DNA from: Mantamonas sphyraenae STR306 | Lineage: Eukaryota > Protista > CRuMs | Assembly (NCBI GenBank): GCA_026936335.1 | Contig: JAPMXV010000061.1 | Coordinates: 186,001-250,000 of the forward strand | Direction of reading: 5' to 3' | DNA length: 64,000 nucleotides | Shown: one piece after another, positions 42,622 to 54,684 of the stretch | How positions within the stretch are numbered: position 1 is the stretch's first letter | Layout of the letters: every line of letters begins with the position of its first letter | Notes under the pieces: generated by a model | The model's database searches: none | Seen by the model: the letters and a program-made list of their open reading frames with translations, nothing else | What the model was told of the DNA's origin: nothing | Translations under genes and position numbers: made by a program

Positions 42622-43876
42622 ATGTCGACAAAGCTTGCAGGGCTTGGCATCATCGAAAAGGACACCAGCAAGGATGTCCTGTTGACATGGTGCTACCCTG
42701 GTGTGACGCAGGAGGAGGAGGAGGTCCTCATCCGCCGCTCCCAGCTCCAGCAAGACACCGTCGAGCTCCAGTTCTTCTTTTCCCGCCTGGGCGAGCACTG
42801 GCAGTACTTTTACGTCATGTCCAACAGTGAGTGCAGTGACCCTACGTCTCTCCCTCCCCCCCTTTCCATTGTCGCCCTCCTTGCCCTCGCCTCCTACCAA
42901 CACCCTCCCTCCGCCTCACGCTCTTTGCAGCCAAAGATTCGGCCGTGGACGATCAAGTGGAAACACTCTGCCTGTGGATGCAAACCACAGAGTTTTCACC
43001 CGAAATCTACGGCGCCCTCCTTGCCTCCATGGCCAAGCTGTATCTGGTCGTCGCCTCGCCTCCTGATCTGCTCCGTGCGTATGTTTGCCTGCCCGCCGTT
43101 GTTGTTTCCACACTCGTCCCATTCCCTCTCACCTTGCTCGCTTTTCCAACCCCCCACCCTTCCCCTCTGGACCCTCCCCTGTCACTCCAAACAGCTACCT
43201 CAGCGTGTACATCAAGGGCTCCTTCTCCACAAAGGTTGCGAGCTTCAAGCTGTCCAAATACGATGCGCGGCGGTCGCTTGTGGCCAGCTCGCTCAAGGAT
43301 GTGGTGCTGATGTTTGGCGCCCACTCTGTGCTGCTGTGGCATGCCCTGCTGCTGCGCAAACGCGTCGTCGTCTACGCCGACCAGTTGGACGAGGTTCTGT
43401 CCACCGTACGTGCCCTGCCCCTCTTTGTGTGGCACAGGCAGGACTGGAGCATCCTGCGCCCGTTTGTCGCCGACATCTCCGACCCCTCTGTGGCCGACGA
43501 CCTCGCCTCAAGCCCGGCGTACATTGTCGGTGTCACCGACGCCTCGGTCAAGGACAAGTCCGACCTCTACGACGTCTACGTCGACATCCCGTCTCAAGAG
43601 GTCGTTGTCAGCGACGCGGCACGCGCCGACTTTGCCATGACCAAGCTCCACAAGGATCTCAGCAAGCAACTTGTGGCCGGCGCAGACGACGACGACGTCG
43701 GCGAGCAAACTTACATCAAAGCAGTCGCCTCCAAGACCGGCGAACTCATCAAGCAGCTGCAGTCCATTGCCGCCGGCGACAACCTCACCATGGATGCTCT
43801 CGAGCAGCAGGGCTTTGGCAAGCAGATGCAGCGCTTCATGTACAACGTTGCCCTGTGCGAGGGCATGACCGGGTGA
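42622..43876 (+). CDS. DENND10: DENN domain protein DENND10/FAM45A-like
   Basis: Exons 42622-42826, 42931-43078 and 43195-43876. GIIEKDTSKDVLLTWCYP, LLRKRVVVY, LPLFVWHRQDWSILRP, DLYDVYVD, FAMTKLHKD. Confidence 0.85.
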
Positions 43877-43958
43877 CCTTCCGCCCATTGTGAATCCAAC
43901 GAATCATCGAACAAACCTCCACTTTCATTCGTCGTCGGTGCTTGCAACACTTATGACC

Positions 43959-45935
43959 TTACATCTTGTAGACAACGTCCAGGAAACCGTACGCAAGGTC
44001 GTTGATCAGGCTCTTGTCTGGGATACTCTCAGCCATGCCGTAGATCGCTGCCGCTCCGTCTGCAAACCGCTCCGGGAACTGCGCAACCTCTTCCACACTC
44101 TCCTTGAGATCGTCGACAAACGCATCTGCGCCGCCGTCCGCCAGCGCAATCGGCATCGTCACGCACACGTGCACGCTCGTCGGGTTCTGCAGGTTGTTCA
44201 GGTTCCAGCCGCGCTTGGACATGGCCTCAGAGACGTTGAGGACGTTGTGGTTGCGCGACGAAAAGGCCACCACGGAGCTGTGGGGCCTGCCAAGGACGCG
44301 CAGGTCGTCGGGCTTGATCTCGGCGCGGATGCGTGCCTCGATGCGCTTGGCCGTCTTGAGAATGATGTCTGCGTTGCGCAGGTAGCCATCGTAGCCGTGG
44401 ATCACCATGGCGGCCCAGCACGACGCCACAAGACCACCCGCACGCGAGCCGGCAAACGTGGGGGTCGCATAGATGCCGCCCGTCCACTCCGGTTGGCAAA
44501 AGTACTGCCAGTGACGCCATTCAGTCGAACGCCACAGCAGCACCGACGAGCCCTTGGGTGCATACCCGTACTTGTGTGTGTCTGCACTCATGGACGTCAC
44601 GCCCGGCACCGAAAAGTCAAACGCAGGCACCTCGTAGCCCAGCTTCAGGGCAAACGGCAGCACAAAGCCGCCCAGGCACGAGTCCACGTGCAGGCCAATC
44701 TCGTACTTTTGAGCCAGCTGGCCCAATCGGGTGATCGGATCCACCACTCCCTGCGGGTACGCAGGCGCGCTGCCCACAATGGCAATCGTGTTGGCCGAAA
44801 TGTGCGACTCCACCACCGCAGGGTCCACCTGGAACGTCTCCTGGTCCACAGCCACCTTGATCAGCTTGATCCCAAAATAGTCGGCGCCCTTGTCAAACGC
44901 CGCGTGTGCCGTCACCGGCACCACCATCTCGGGCTCCGTGATCAGCTTGTCCTGCCGTGCCCACTCTCGGTACGCCCGCATGGCCAGCATAATCGACTCG
45001 GTACCGCCCGACGTCACGCACCCACACGACTCCGCGTCGCCATTCATCATCGAGCAGCTCATGCGCACCACCTGGGCCTCCATCTTGCGCAGGCTGGGAA
45101 ACACGTCTGGGTGCAGTGGGTTGCTCAGAGCAAACAGCGAGTATGCAGACACAAGTGTGTCCAGCAGCTCCTGGCCTGTATGCAGCCCGTCCCGTCCTTG
45201 CCGCGTCAGCCCGCCGTCGGAAAGCTCTCTCTCCCTCTCCGGCACCCCACACACCGCGCATGCATGCACGCAGGTGCCAAACGGCACCCTCTCACATACG
45301 CAGTCTCCCCCCTGCCTCCCCCTAGTCCTATTCTCACCACCTACCTCCATGATACACCGTGCCAGAGACCTTGCCGCCCGTCCAGTGGGCGTTGTCAATG
45401 TCGCGCCACGCACGCATGGCCTCCAACACACGCTCCGGAGCGATCCCATGTGCAGGAAGGTCCGTAAAGGACATGTCCGCAACTGCGTCAACACACACAC
45501 ACACCGCACACCGCACACCGCACACCAAACATGCCCACGGGTCAGTCAGTCGCACTCTCCTTTTCCACGCTTGGCGCCACAAGAGGGGATCCACCGCCCC
45601 TCGCTGGATATTTTCCTGGGTCACATACACGGGTCTTCGCTTCCGTCGCCATCCTTGTGCAGCATCGACGCCTCCAGCTTCACCAACACCTTGCTCGTGT
45701 CCTTGGCAATCTTGTCCGCCGCCAGCGTACGCAGCGTGCGCGAAAAGATTCCCTGCAGCCCTCCGTACTTGAACCACAACCGACGCACCGTGTGCAGCCA
45801 GAAAGCAAACACAAACGTCGCCAGCACCATCTGCCACCGCGTGTATCCACTAAACGCCTCTTCAAACGCATCTCCCGCCCATTTGAGCCGTTGCACAGAC
45901 TGCGACAGCGAACCAAGGAAGAACGTCCCGCTCAT
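43959..45935 (-). CDS. SGPL1: Sphingosine-1-phosphate lyase (PLP-dependent)
   Basis: Exons 45935-45629, 45482-45345 and 45175-43959. GKVSGTVYHGG, NPLHPDVFP, TSGGTESI, AHAAFDK, HVDSCLGG, SADTHKYGYAPKG. Confidence 0.95.
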
Positions 45936-46207
45936 GTTCTCGATTTGCGTTGCCCATGCTTGCGCACAACAGCGTCAACATGGTTGTCCACCCACCAACA
46001 CGCCCTCAACAGTCAAACGATACAATAGTCTACGACACATCATTCTGTAGAGTGTCAACATGGATCACAGCAGCGTCGGATTTGCCTGGCCGGACATTGC
46101 ATCCATTGCTGCACTGAAAACCCCTGTGAACCTCCCAGCCCCCCAATAAACCCCTTCCCCCCTCCCTCCATCCCTTCCCACATCTTTCATCCCCCCCCCC
46201 CCCGCCA

Positions 46208-46717
46208 TCACTCTTTGTGCGTGGGCAACTCTCCCCGATCGTCGCGCATGCCACCCCGCGATGCCCAGCGTGCAAAGCGCGTGAATGTGGCGCCATCAAA
46301 CAGACTGCCCACCACAGGCAGACCACGCAGGATGCTCAGCACCTGTGGGAAGATGGCCCCAAACAACAACACCGCCCCGTACAACTCCACCAGAAGACCT
46401 GTAAACGTCCAGCCCACAAAGATCAACACAATCCCTCCAAAGAAGAACGCCGTCCCTTTCAACTTGTACAGCCGGTCCTCCTCCGGGAAGAAAAAGTTGA
46501 CCGTGCTGCGCGGCCCAATGATCGTCGCCACCCCGCTCAAGAACATCAGGTTCCCCAGCGCCAGCAGCGGCTTGTCAAAGAAGAACAACACACCCAGAAA
46601 GGTAAACAACACCCCAAACCCCGTCAGTCCGATCCCAATTGCTGTGTTTCCCCCCCCGTTCCCGTGTCAGCTCACGCCGTCCGCGCTTCTCTCACCACGC
46701 CGAATGGCGCCAAGCAT
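46208..46717 (-). CDS. GOT1: Golgi transport protein Got1/GOLT1
   Basis: Probable short exon 46717-46696 plus 46641-46208. IGIGLTGFGVLFTFLGVLFFFDKPLLALGNLMF, KGTAFFFGG, ELYG. Confidence 0.9.
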
Positions 46718-46903
46718 CGACTATTGCCCCCCGTCCCCAACACACTCAGCGTGTGCCTTTCGTCCCGCCTCCGTGCCCACCGCCTCCCGTCCCACCAAAC
46801 TCACTGCTGCGGTCACTCATTTCAAAACCCAACATCGTCTCGTCTCCGTGTCGTCCAAATCCCTTGGCTGCCGCGTCGCCACGTCCGTTCCTCCAACGAA
46901 AAC

Positions 46904-49900
46904 ATGGACTCCATCAATTCGGAAATCCAGGCGGTGCAGTCCCGCTTACAAGCACTGCAACGCCAGGCGCATGGCACCTCGTACCAACCATCCCCGACAG
47001 CGAGTGCATCGTCGGCGCCAGTTCCGTTGCGAAGCTCCCTGCTTTCCTCGCTCTCCCTCTCCCACCAGACCACCAAACATTCCACCACCTCCTCCAAACC
47101 ATCCAAGGCCTCTTCCAAGCGCACCGCCGCCAAGAAAGGCTCCAAGAAGAAAAAGAAGCGCACCGCAGCTGCCTCCGACCCGTCCGACAACTGGCTTGAC
47201 GCCCTGCTGGCGCCCGACCCGCCCGCCGCCACCTCCACAGGCCGCAAATCCCGCAAGAGCGCCTCCTCAACACGCGGACGCAGCACAGCCGTCAAGCGCC
47301 ACGGCACCAATGCCTCATCCTCCACCAAGCGCACACGTGGCAGCAGCAAGAGCAGCAAGCGCAAAAAAACATCGTCAGCCGCGACTTCGGCTTCGGCTAC
47401 CGCTGAAGGCAACCAGCACCTCAAGCAGCGCCGCTCACACATCCTCAAGGAAGCCTCTGCCCAGCACCAACACTTTGCACAAAACTCTGCACGCTCCAAC
47501 GCCTTCAACACCATGCAGCGCGACCTTTGGTTCAACGGCAACCGCAGCCAAGCTGCCAAGACCAGCCACCACCCGGCCCCACACGCCATGTATCCGGTTT
47601 CCGAGGCCTCAGCCTCCGTTGCAGACTCTGCTTCGGGCCTCTGGTGGGACCAGGAGTCCCGATTCCCCATGGGAGTGGCCAACCACGACGAGTCCAATGA
47701 CCCCGTTGGCGACGACTACGAGGAGATTCGTCTGCAAACCCTAAATCGCGCAGAGGAACGCTTCCGCGAGTACAAGCAAGCCCAACAGGCACGCATCGCC
47801 TCCCAGTTGTCCGAGGGCCATCCCGACGATGATGACAAAGACGACAACCAAGTGTCCAACCATGGTGACCACGATGACGACGACGACGACGACGACGACG
47901 TCGATGATGATGTCGCGGCGGCCGCCACATCGTCTGCCACCTCCTCCTCTCCGCCCACTGCTTCCTCCACCACAGAAAAACCACCCACCTCTCCCCCCGC
48001 CCCGTCTGCGCATACAAACGCACCGGCGCCCGTTCCAGACACAACCATGCAGGTGGACGAGCTCGACCATGCCTCTGCACAAACCGCCACAGCCTCCTCC
48101 ACAGAGAGCCCCATTCCCAAGCGCCAGGGCTCGACAGCTCCCTCCCAGCCCCTCCTTCAACCAGCCACCTCCTCCACCTCCACCACCTCCACCACCACCT
48201 CCACGCGGCCCCTCTCGCCACCCGTCGAACCGGGGATGCCTCCCCAGCGCCAGTACGAGTCCCTCATGCTGGCCAAGCAGCGCCGCGAGTCCCAGCTGGC
48301 CGGCAACCAGCCCATCACCTCCACGCCGACTCCGAGCGCACGCGCATTCGACACCAGTGGACGCGACGTCCACCAGATGCAGCTCGCCTACCAGCAGATG
48401 CAGGCCTCGCAGCTGGCTGCCACCAACGACGTCACACGCCTTCGCTCAGACAATCGCTACCTTGCTGAGCAGCTGCAAGAGTACAAACGCAAGGCCGAGG
48501 AGTGGCAGCGGCGCGGGGAGGACGTCGAGCAGGAACTTGCCACCCTTCGTGAGGCCCACGTGCAAAAGGTGGCGGACCTCGAGGACGTCCGCTCTCAAAT
48601 GGACTATCTGCTCAAGGATAGTGAGGCCACCGCAGACGCTCTCGCCGCCCAGATCCGTGACATGACGGCCAAGAACGGCCTCCACAGTGACAACGTGCGC
48701 ATGGCCCTCGACGCAGACGTCATTGCCAAAAGCATTGATTCGTTGCAGAAACGCTTCCACACCGTGTTTCAGAGCTCCCTGCGTGCCTTCCAAATGCTCC
48801 AAGGCAACCACGACGCTGCGGACGAGGCTGCCGTCGCACAGGCCATGGCCAACAATGCCCATCTGGGCAAGGTCGAACTCGCCGCCCTCAAAAAGTTTAT
48901 GCTTCTCCAGCACGTCAAACTGCGCGAGCACAAGCAGCAAGCAGACGCCCTTCGCGCACAGCTCGAGGCCGCCGAGGGCAAACACGCATCACAACACGGC
49001 GAACACGGACAAGCCTCAGGCGCGGACATGAAACTGTTCCAGCAGCTCGACAGACAGAAGCAGGCCATCGAACGCGAACATAGCGCACGCATCAAGGAGC
49101 TCACCGACCAGGTGGCCAAACTCACCCTCAGCCTCACCCGCGACTGGTCTGAGCTGCCAGCTGCAGACAACCAGACCACCAGCAGCAGCAGCACAGGCAA
49201 TAACAGCAGTACCAACAACATCAACGCCTCCTCCTCCTCGCACGAGCACGTCCAGGGCGAAATCAACCAGATCCAGGACCTCATCTCCAGGCACAAGAGC
49301 CAAGTCGACGCCAGCATCCAGCCCAGGTCTGCACGCATCCCTGTGTACACCCTCGACGACGACCTCCTCGACCAGGAACTGAACCTCGAGCACGGCGACA
49401 CCCTCAAGGAGCAGATGTACGCCGAACTCGCAGGCACCCTCGAATCGGAAAAGAACAGGCTGCAGGGAGCGCTCAACGCAGAGATGGAGGCCAATGCCGA
49501 GTTGCGCAAGCAGCTTGACGCTGCGCGTGGCACAAACAACAACCCGGAAGCCAATCAAAGTGCGGCTGCAGACCCGTCCTCGTTGCAGTCTCTGCTCGAC
49601 GAGGCACGCGCCGAAGTCAAGAGGCTGACCAAGGAGCTGGAAATCGAACGACGCACGTCAAAGCTGCGCGACGCCGCTCTGGAGCGACTCAACAACACCA
49701 ATGGCAGCAGCAGCCCGTCGTCGTCTGCGGGATCCGCCAAAGTGCAGGCGCAGCCGACAACAGACAGCAGCGGCAGTGCGGACGAGTCCAAGCAGCTGGC
49801 TGCGTTGCAACGTGTGCTTCAACGCAAGGTTGCCGAGTTGGCAGAGGCCAAGAAGCGCATTGTGCAGTTGGAAGAGCAATTGGCGCAGTCCAACTCGCGC

Positions 49901-50671
49901 ACAGGGGACGTCCAGATGCAAATGCAGTCGCTGAGCAGCGAACTGCAATCTGCACGACGTCAAGAGACCCAGCTGCGCGCAGCGGCCTCACGCAAGGAGC
50001 AGGACACCCAGGCACGCATCGAAGCCCTGCGCACCGAGCACCAGCGCGTCCTCGATTCAATCAAGACCGAAGCCGCCCTGGAGCAGCAGCGGCTCGAAGA
50101 GGCCCTCGAACAGGCCCAACAGGAGCGTCACGCCGAGGAAGTGCTTGCTCGCGACGCCCTTGAAGAGGAGGAGTTGGCTGTGCTCGGCACCCAGCTTCGC
50201 ACACAGCTTCGTGCACTGCGCGACAGCACCGAAGATGCGGGTCATTCCGAGGCCAGTCTTGTGCACAAGTTTGAGAAGCTCACTCTCGAGCTCAGCCGCA
50301 CACGCATGGAGCTCGCGGCCATGAAACGCACCGCTCGCGAAACAGACGACGAACGCCGCGCCATGGAAAAGGCAATGCGCCGCGCAAAGATAGAAGAGAC
50401 CAAGCGACTCGAGCAAGCCACACACAGCATTGCTCGCGGTCTCGCCGATGCCTCTCCCTCTCCCTCTCCCTCTCCCTCTCCTTCGATCACCACCACCGCC
50501 GCAGCTGCGAGCAGTCCACAGGCCGCCGACACCCAAGAAACCACCGCCGCAGATCAGCAGACACAGGACAACGCGAATGACAACGACAACCAGAGTGAAT
50601 CCACCGCTCCAGTGCCGCAAGAGAGTCCCAAAGAGCCCGTCCAGGTGGATGAGGCGCAACAAGAAACGTGA
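46904..50671 (+). CDS. Large low-complexity/coiled-coil protein of unknown function
   Basis: About 1255-aa ORF with a basic Ser-rich N-terminus and long heptad regions. Confidence 0.8.
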   Translation: MDSINSEIQAVQSRLQALQRQAHGTSYQPSPTASASSAPVPLRSSLLSSLSLSHQTTKHSTTSSKPSKASSKRTAAKKGSKKKKKRTAAASDPSDNWLDALLAPDPPAATSTGRKSRKSASSTRGRSTAVKRHGTNASSSTKRTRGSSKSSKRKKTSSAATSASATAEGNQHLKQRRSHILKEASAQHQHFAQNSARSNAFNTMQRDLWFNGNRSQAAKTSHHPAPHAMYPVSEASASVADSASGLWWDQESRFPMGVANHDESNDPVGDDYEEIRLQTLNRAEERFREYKQAQQARIASQLSEGHPDDDDKDDNQVSNHGDHDDDDDDDDDVDDDVAAAATSSATSSSPPTASSTTEKPPTSPPAPSAHTNAPAPVPDTTMQVDELDHASAQTATASSTESPIPKRQGSTAPSQPLLQPATSSTSTTSTTTSTRPLSPPVEPGMPPQRQYESLMLAKQRRESQLAGNQPITSTPTPSARAFDTSGRDVHQMQLAYQQMQASQLAATNDVTRLRSDNRYLAEQLQEYKRKAEEWQRRGEDVEQELATLREAHVQKVADLEDVRSQMDYLLKDSEATADALAAQIRDMTAKNGLHSDNVRMALDADVIAKSIDSLQKRFHTVFQSSLRAFQMLQGNHDAADEAAVAQAMANNAHLGKVELAALKKFMLLQHVKLREHKQQADALRAQLEAAEGKHASQHGEHGQASGADMKLFQQLDRQKQAIEREHSARIKELTDQVAKLTLSLTRDWSELPAADNQTTSSSSTGNNSSTNNINASSSSHEHVQGEINQIQDLISRHKSQVDASIQPRSARIPVYTLDDDLLDQELNLEHGDTLKEQMYAELAGTLESEKNRLQGALNAEMEANAELRKQLDAARGTNNNPEANQSAAADPSSLQSLLDEARAEVKRLTKELEIERRTSKLRDAALERLNNTNGSSSPSSSAGSAKVQAQPTTDSSGSADESKQLAALQRVLQRKVAELAEAKKRIVQLEEQLAQSNSRTGDVQMQMQSLSSELQSARRQETQLRAAASRKEQDTQARIEALRTEHQRVLDSIKTEAALEQQRLEEALEQAQQERHAEEVLARDALEEEELAVLGTQLRTQLRALRDSTEDAGHSEASLVHKFEKLTLELSRTRMELAAMKRTARETDDERRAMEKAMRRAKIEETKRLEQATHSIARGLADASPSPSPSPSPSITTTAAAASSPQAADTQETTAADQQTQDNANDNDNQSESTAPVPQESPKEPVQVDEAQQET

Positions 50672-50705
50672 TTTCTGCTCCCCCCCGATCCCGTCCAAGC
50701 AAACC

Positions 50706-51155
50706 ATGCTCCTCCCTGCACACACCTGGTGCGACCCACAACCCAAACCCAGCATCAATGCTGCCGTTCGCAAGGCCTTTTCCCGCTGGACAGGTCTGGT
50801 GGACGACAACGACACCGAGGTGCTAGCTGACGACGAGAACCCCGGCCAAAGTGTCCGCTGTTGGCACTGCGACGCCGTCGTCTGCGACATGAGCGACCGC
50901 ATGGAGATTTCGGGTTCCTGGGAACATGTGTTCACCAATCCCAGTGGGGTCGTCTACTCCATTGTGTGCTTTTCAGCCGCCGCTGGTTGCTTAGTCGAAG
51001 GCCAGCCCATCCTCGCCCACACCTGGTTTGACGACTACGGCTGGAGCTTTGCTGTCTGTCGCGGCTGCAACCATCACCTTGGCTGGTTCTACACACACTC
51101 AGGCGACGGTGGCACCTTTTTTGGACTCATCACCAACGCCCTGCACTTTCCGTGA
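50706..51155 (+). CDS. Stand-alone CULT (cereblon thalidomide-binding) domain protein
   Basis: CWHC...FTNPSG...HTWFDDYGWSFAVCRGC..HLGW.Y...FFGL: Zn ligands and the three cage tryptophans are present. Confidence 0.88.
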   Translation: MLLPAHTWCDPQPKPSINAAVRKAFSRWTGLVDDNDTEVLADDENPGQSVRCWHCDAVVCDMSDRMEISGSWEHVFTNPSGVVYSIVCFSAAAGCLVEGQPILAHTWFDDYGWSFAVCRGCNHHLGWFYTHSGDGGTFFGLITNALHFP

Positions 51156-51342
51156 CGCAACCCACGGGCCCCACGCACCACCTCGCCATCGAGTTCCCCC
51201 CATTCCACATCCACATCCACATGCCATCTATACCTCCCCCCCAACAATTCCTCCAATGTACAGGACCACCCCGCCCGTTCACACACTCCCCTTTCCCACC
51301 CGTCTTGGCGTACCCAACCAAATCCCAATCTCCACATCCTCC

Positions 51343-52167
51343 ATGGACGGCGAAAAGGTCCGCAAGTTTGCCGAAAAGGAGCGCAAGAAAGGTGTGATCT
51401 ACCTAGCGACGGTCCCGCCGTACATGAAACCCGAAAAGGTGAAACACCTGATGGGCCAGTACGGCGACGTCCTGCGTGTGTACCTGAGTCCAGAAAACGA
51501 ATCCAAGCGCAAACACCGCGTGGCCAAGGGCGGCAACCGCAAGAAAAAGTATGTCGACGGCTGGGTCGAGTTTGCCGACAAGCGGATTGCAAAGCGCGTT
51601 GCACTGAGCCTCAACGCCACCCAGATTGGCGGGAAAAAGTCCTCCCGCTACTACCACGACATGTGGAACATCAAATATCTCAGCCGCTTCAAGTGGAGCG
51701 ACCTCACAGAAAAGATCGCTTACGACAACGCCGTCCGCAAGCAACGGATGCAAGCGGAAATGCGCCAGGCCAAGGCCGAGAACGCCTTTTACCTCGAAAA
51801 GGTCGCCCAGAGCAAGGTCCGCAAGAAGATTGAGGAAAAGAGGAAAGCCAAGAAGGCCTCTGGTAAGGCCCTCGACGACGACGACCTCCAAACCACACCC
51901 AACGGGTCCGCCGTCTCAAAATCCGCTCTCTCCGACTCGCCCCAAGCAAAGGCCCGTGCTGCCCAGTCTGCATCCAGCAAGATCAAGCGTGTGTTTCGAC
52001 AGCGTCAAGACGTTGGCCACCTCATTGACGACAAACAGCTCGACCAATCCCTCCTCAACCGCGTCATTGCCGACTCGGGCTCCACCACCACCACCCCTCG
52101 CCCTTCAAAGACAAAACGCACCACAACCACTCCTCGCTCCTCCTCCAAACGCCAGCGCACTGAATAA
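51343..52167 (+). CDS. ESF2: Pre-rRNA processing protein Esf2/ABT1
   Basis: KGVIYLATVPPYM, GWVEFADKRIAKRVALSLN, IGGKK, WNIKYLSRFKWSDL. Confidence 0.93.
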   Translation: MDGEKVRKFAEKERKKGVIYLATVPPYMKPEKVKHLMGQYGDVLRVYLSPENESKRKHRVAKGGNRKKKYVDGWVEFADKRIAKRVALSLNATQIGGKKSSRYYHDMWNIKYLSRFKWSDLTEKIAYDNAVRKQRMQAEMRQAKAENAFYLEKVAQSKVRKKIEEKRKAKKASGKALDDDDLQTTPNGSAVSKSALSDSPQAKARAAQSASSKIKRVFRQRQDVGHLIDDKQLDQSLLNRVIADSGSTTTTPRPSKTKRTTTTPRSSSKRQRTE

Positions 52168-52203
52168 ACCCGTCCACGGGCAATCTTTTCCATTCTCACC
52201 ACC

Positions 52204-54610
52204 TCAATTCTCGAATCGATCCTCCTCTTCCTCTCCTCCCGCTTGCACTTTGCCGCCTCGCCCCCACATTCCATTCCAAGCATGGCCCACCAAACTTGCC
52301 ACACTGCCAAGCCGGCCTGTCCAGCTGCCTCCGTAAATGACAGCCACCAGTTCGCTCACATACGCCCACGCCTTGTTGCTCACGGGGTACTCCAGGAACG
52401 AAGGCGGGTGCGAACGCATCGGCAGACGGTCGTTCACCACAACCTTCTTGTTGACACACTCCAGCAAGCCCTCGCGCCCACAAAACACGCCAAACCCGCT
52501 GTTCTTTACGCCTCCAAACGGCAGGTCTTGCATCAGGTAGTTGACTCCCATGTCGTTCACCACACACATCCCCGCCTGCAGCGAGTGTGCAAATCGGTCT
52601 GCACGCGCATAGTTTGTCGTCACCACTGTGCTCGCAAGCCCAAACTCCACTCCGTTTGCAATCTCGATTGCCTCCTCGTCCGTTGTCCACTTCATGATCG
52701 TCATCACAGGTCCAAACAGCTCCTCCTGCGCAATGCGCATCTCCGACGTGACCCCGGTAATCACCGTCGGCTCGTAGTAAAACCCGGCCCGTCTCGGATC
52801 CGTCCTCCGCACTCCACCGTCGCCCCGTTTGCCACCGCGTCGTCCACAAGGTCTTGGATGATCCACAACTGCTGTGGCATCGTCATTGCACCCACGTCGT
52901 GCCTGTGGTCCTCTGTCGGCGGGCCTTGGCGCAGTGCCTTTGTCTTGGCAACCACCGCCTCCACAAACTCCTCGTAGATTCCGCTCTGCACCAGGATCCG
53001 CTCCGACGCAATGCAGTTCTGCCCACAGTTCGTAAACACCCCTCGCATCGCAAGCGACACCGCAAAGTCAAACTCGGCGTCGTCGCATACAATCATAGGG
53101 TCCTTTCCTCCCAGCTCCAGGATCACCGGCGTCAGGCTCGACGCAGCCGTCTCCATCACACGTCGTCCGTTCGTTGTGCTTCCGATAAACAGGATCTTGT
53201 CCGCCCCTCCGGGGCCCACAAGCGCCTTGCCCGTCTCGGCAAAGCCCACCAGCAGCTGAACCAGGTCTGGGTTGTGCCCACACTCCTGCAACACCTTTTG
53301 GATGATCTTTTGGAACATGTCTGCGCTCCAGCTCACGTGTTCGCTCACCTTGACCACCACCGCGTTTCCTGCAAACAGCGGCGCCAGAAGCTGCCCAAAG
53401 ATGTGCTGGAACGGATAGTTCCACGGCACAATGACGCCAAACACGCCCACTGGCTCGTACACAACCTGTGCACTCTTTGTCACCAGCCCGCCCACCGGCT
53501 TGCTCTCCGCCCGCAGGTGCTTCTCCCCATTCGCAATCATCCAGCGGATCTTTTCGCACGTCGTCAGCACCTCGCCAAACTCTGCCTCCAGCAGCGTCTT
53601 GCCCGTGTCTGTGGACGTCGCCTCGCAAATGTCGTGCTGGTTCGCCACAATGAAGTCCATCAAATGCCTCAGCACGGCACGTCGCTCCTCAAACGACGTC
53701 TGGCTCCACACCCGCTGTGCCTCACGTGCACGGTCCACACGTTCGTGCACCTCTTCCGCGTCCATCGCATGAACTTCGCTGATAAACTCCCCCGTCGCCG
53801 GGTTCACGCACACAATCTTGCTTCGGTCCTCGTTGCTTGGCTGGCCCGAACGCGTGTCATTCTTTGATCCAGCACCACTTCCTGTGCTCTTTCCACCCTT
53901 TCCCTTGCTCTGAAACATTCCCGTGTCAGTCCCCCCGTGCCCTCCCGTCGCCCTCAGTGCATGTCCCCGCGCGCGTCCCAACGGTCCGCCCAACCCTGTC
54001 CCGTCTCCTCACTCCCTTTTTTTTGTGTTTCACTCACCCTGCTGCTGCGTCGCGTCGATGCCGTTGCCGTACTGCGTGTTTCGTCCGCCTCGCCCTGCTT
54101 GCTCTCCTCCTCCGGGCTCGCCCGTCGTGCTGCCCGCGCCTTCTTCTTCCGAACCGACCGTGTCACTGCAGGCGACGCCACCTTGGCACTCGCCTCTCCC
54201 ACACCCGACCCTTCCACGTCTTCCACGTCTTCCACCTCTTCCGCGTCTTCCGCGTCATCCGTCACCTTGTCCTCCGCCTTGTCCTGGACCGGCGTCTTCG
54301 GCGCCTCCTTCTTCTTCGTTTCAGCTTGCTCTTCCTTCGCCTTTGCCTTCCTCACCACCCGCTCTGCTGCAGGCTTCACCACCTTCTTCCCCCCACCCAG
54401 TCGTCCCACAATCGCAAACACCGCTACCGTCACCAAGTTTGCCAGCAGCAACACGTTCAGCAGGAAGGACAGCGAGTGCAAATCTGCAGGTTCCGGCACC
54501 AGCGCCACCACATGTGCCTGTTCACCCACCAGAGCCTCCACTGCGTGTGTCTTCAACCACGTACCCACGCCCAGTCCCAAGCTCACTGTTTGCTGCACGA
54601 CCGGATGCAT
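52204..54610 (-). CDS. Membrane-anchored aldehyde dehydrogenase (ALDH22/Msc7-like); 1-nt homopolymer deletion near 52780
   Basis: Exons 54610-54038 and 53909-52204. PWNYP, FIGS, LELGGKDP, GQNC, EELFGP, PFGGVKNSGFG. The frame breaks at gggttttactac. Confidence 0.9.
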
Positions 54611-54684
54611 TTTCGTTGCATTTCGTACCGCGACGACGAAGCGTCCCCCCCCACCCACCCCCATCCCAATTTCCCAAACGCGAA

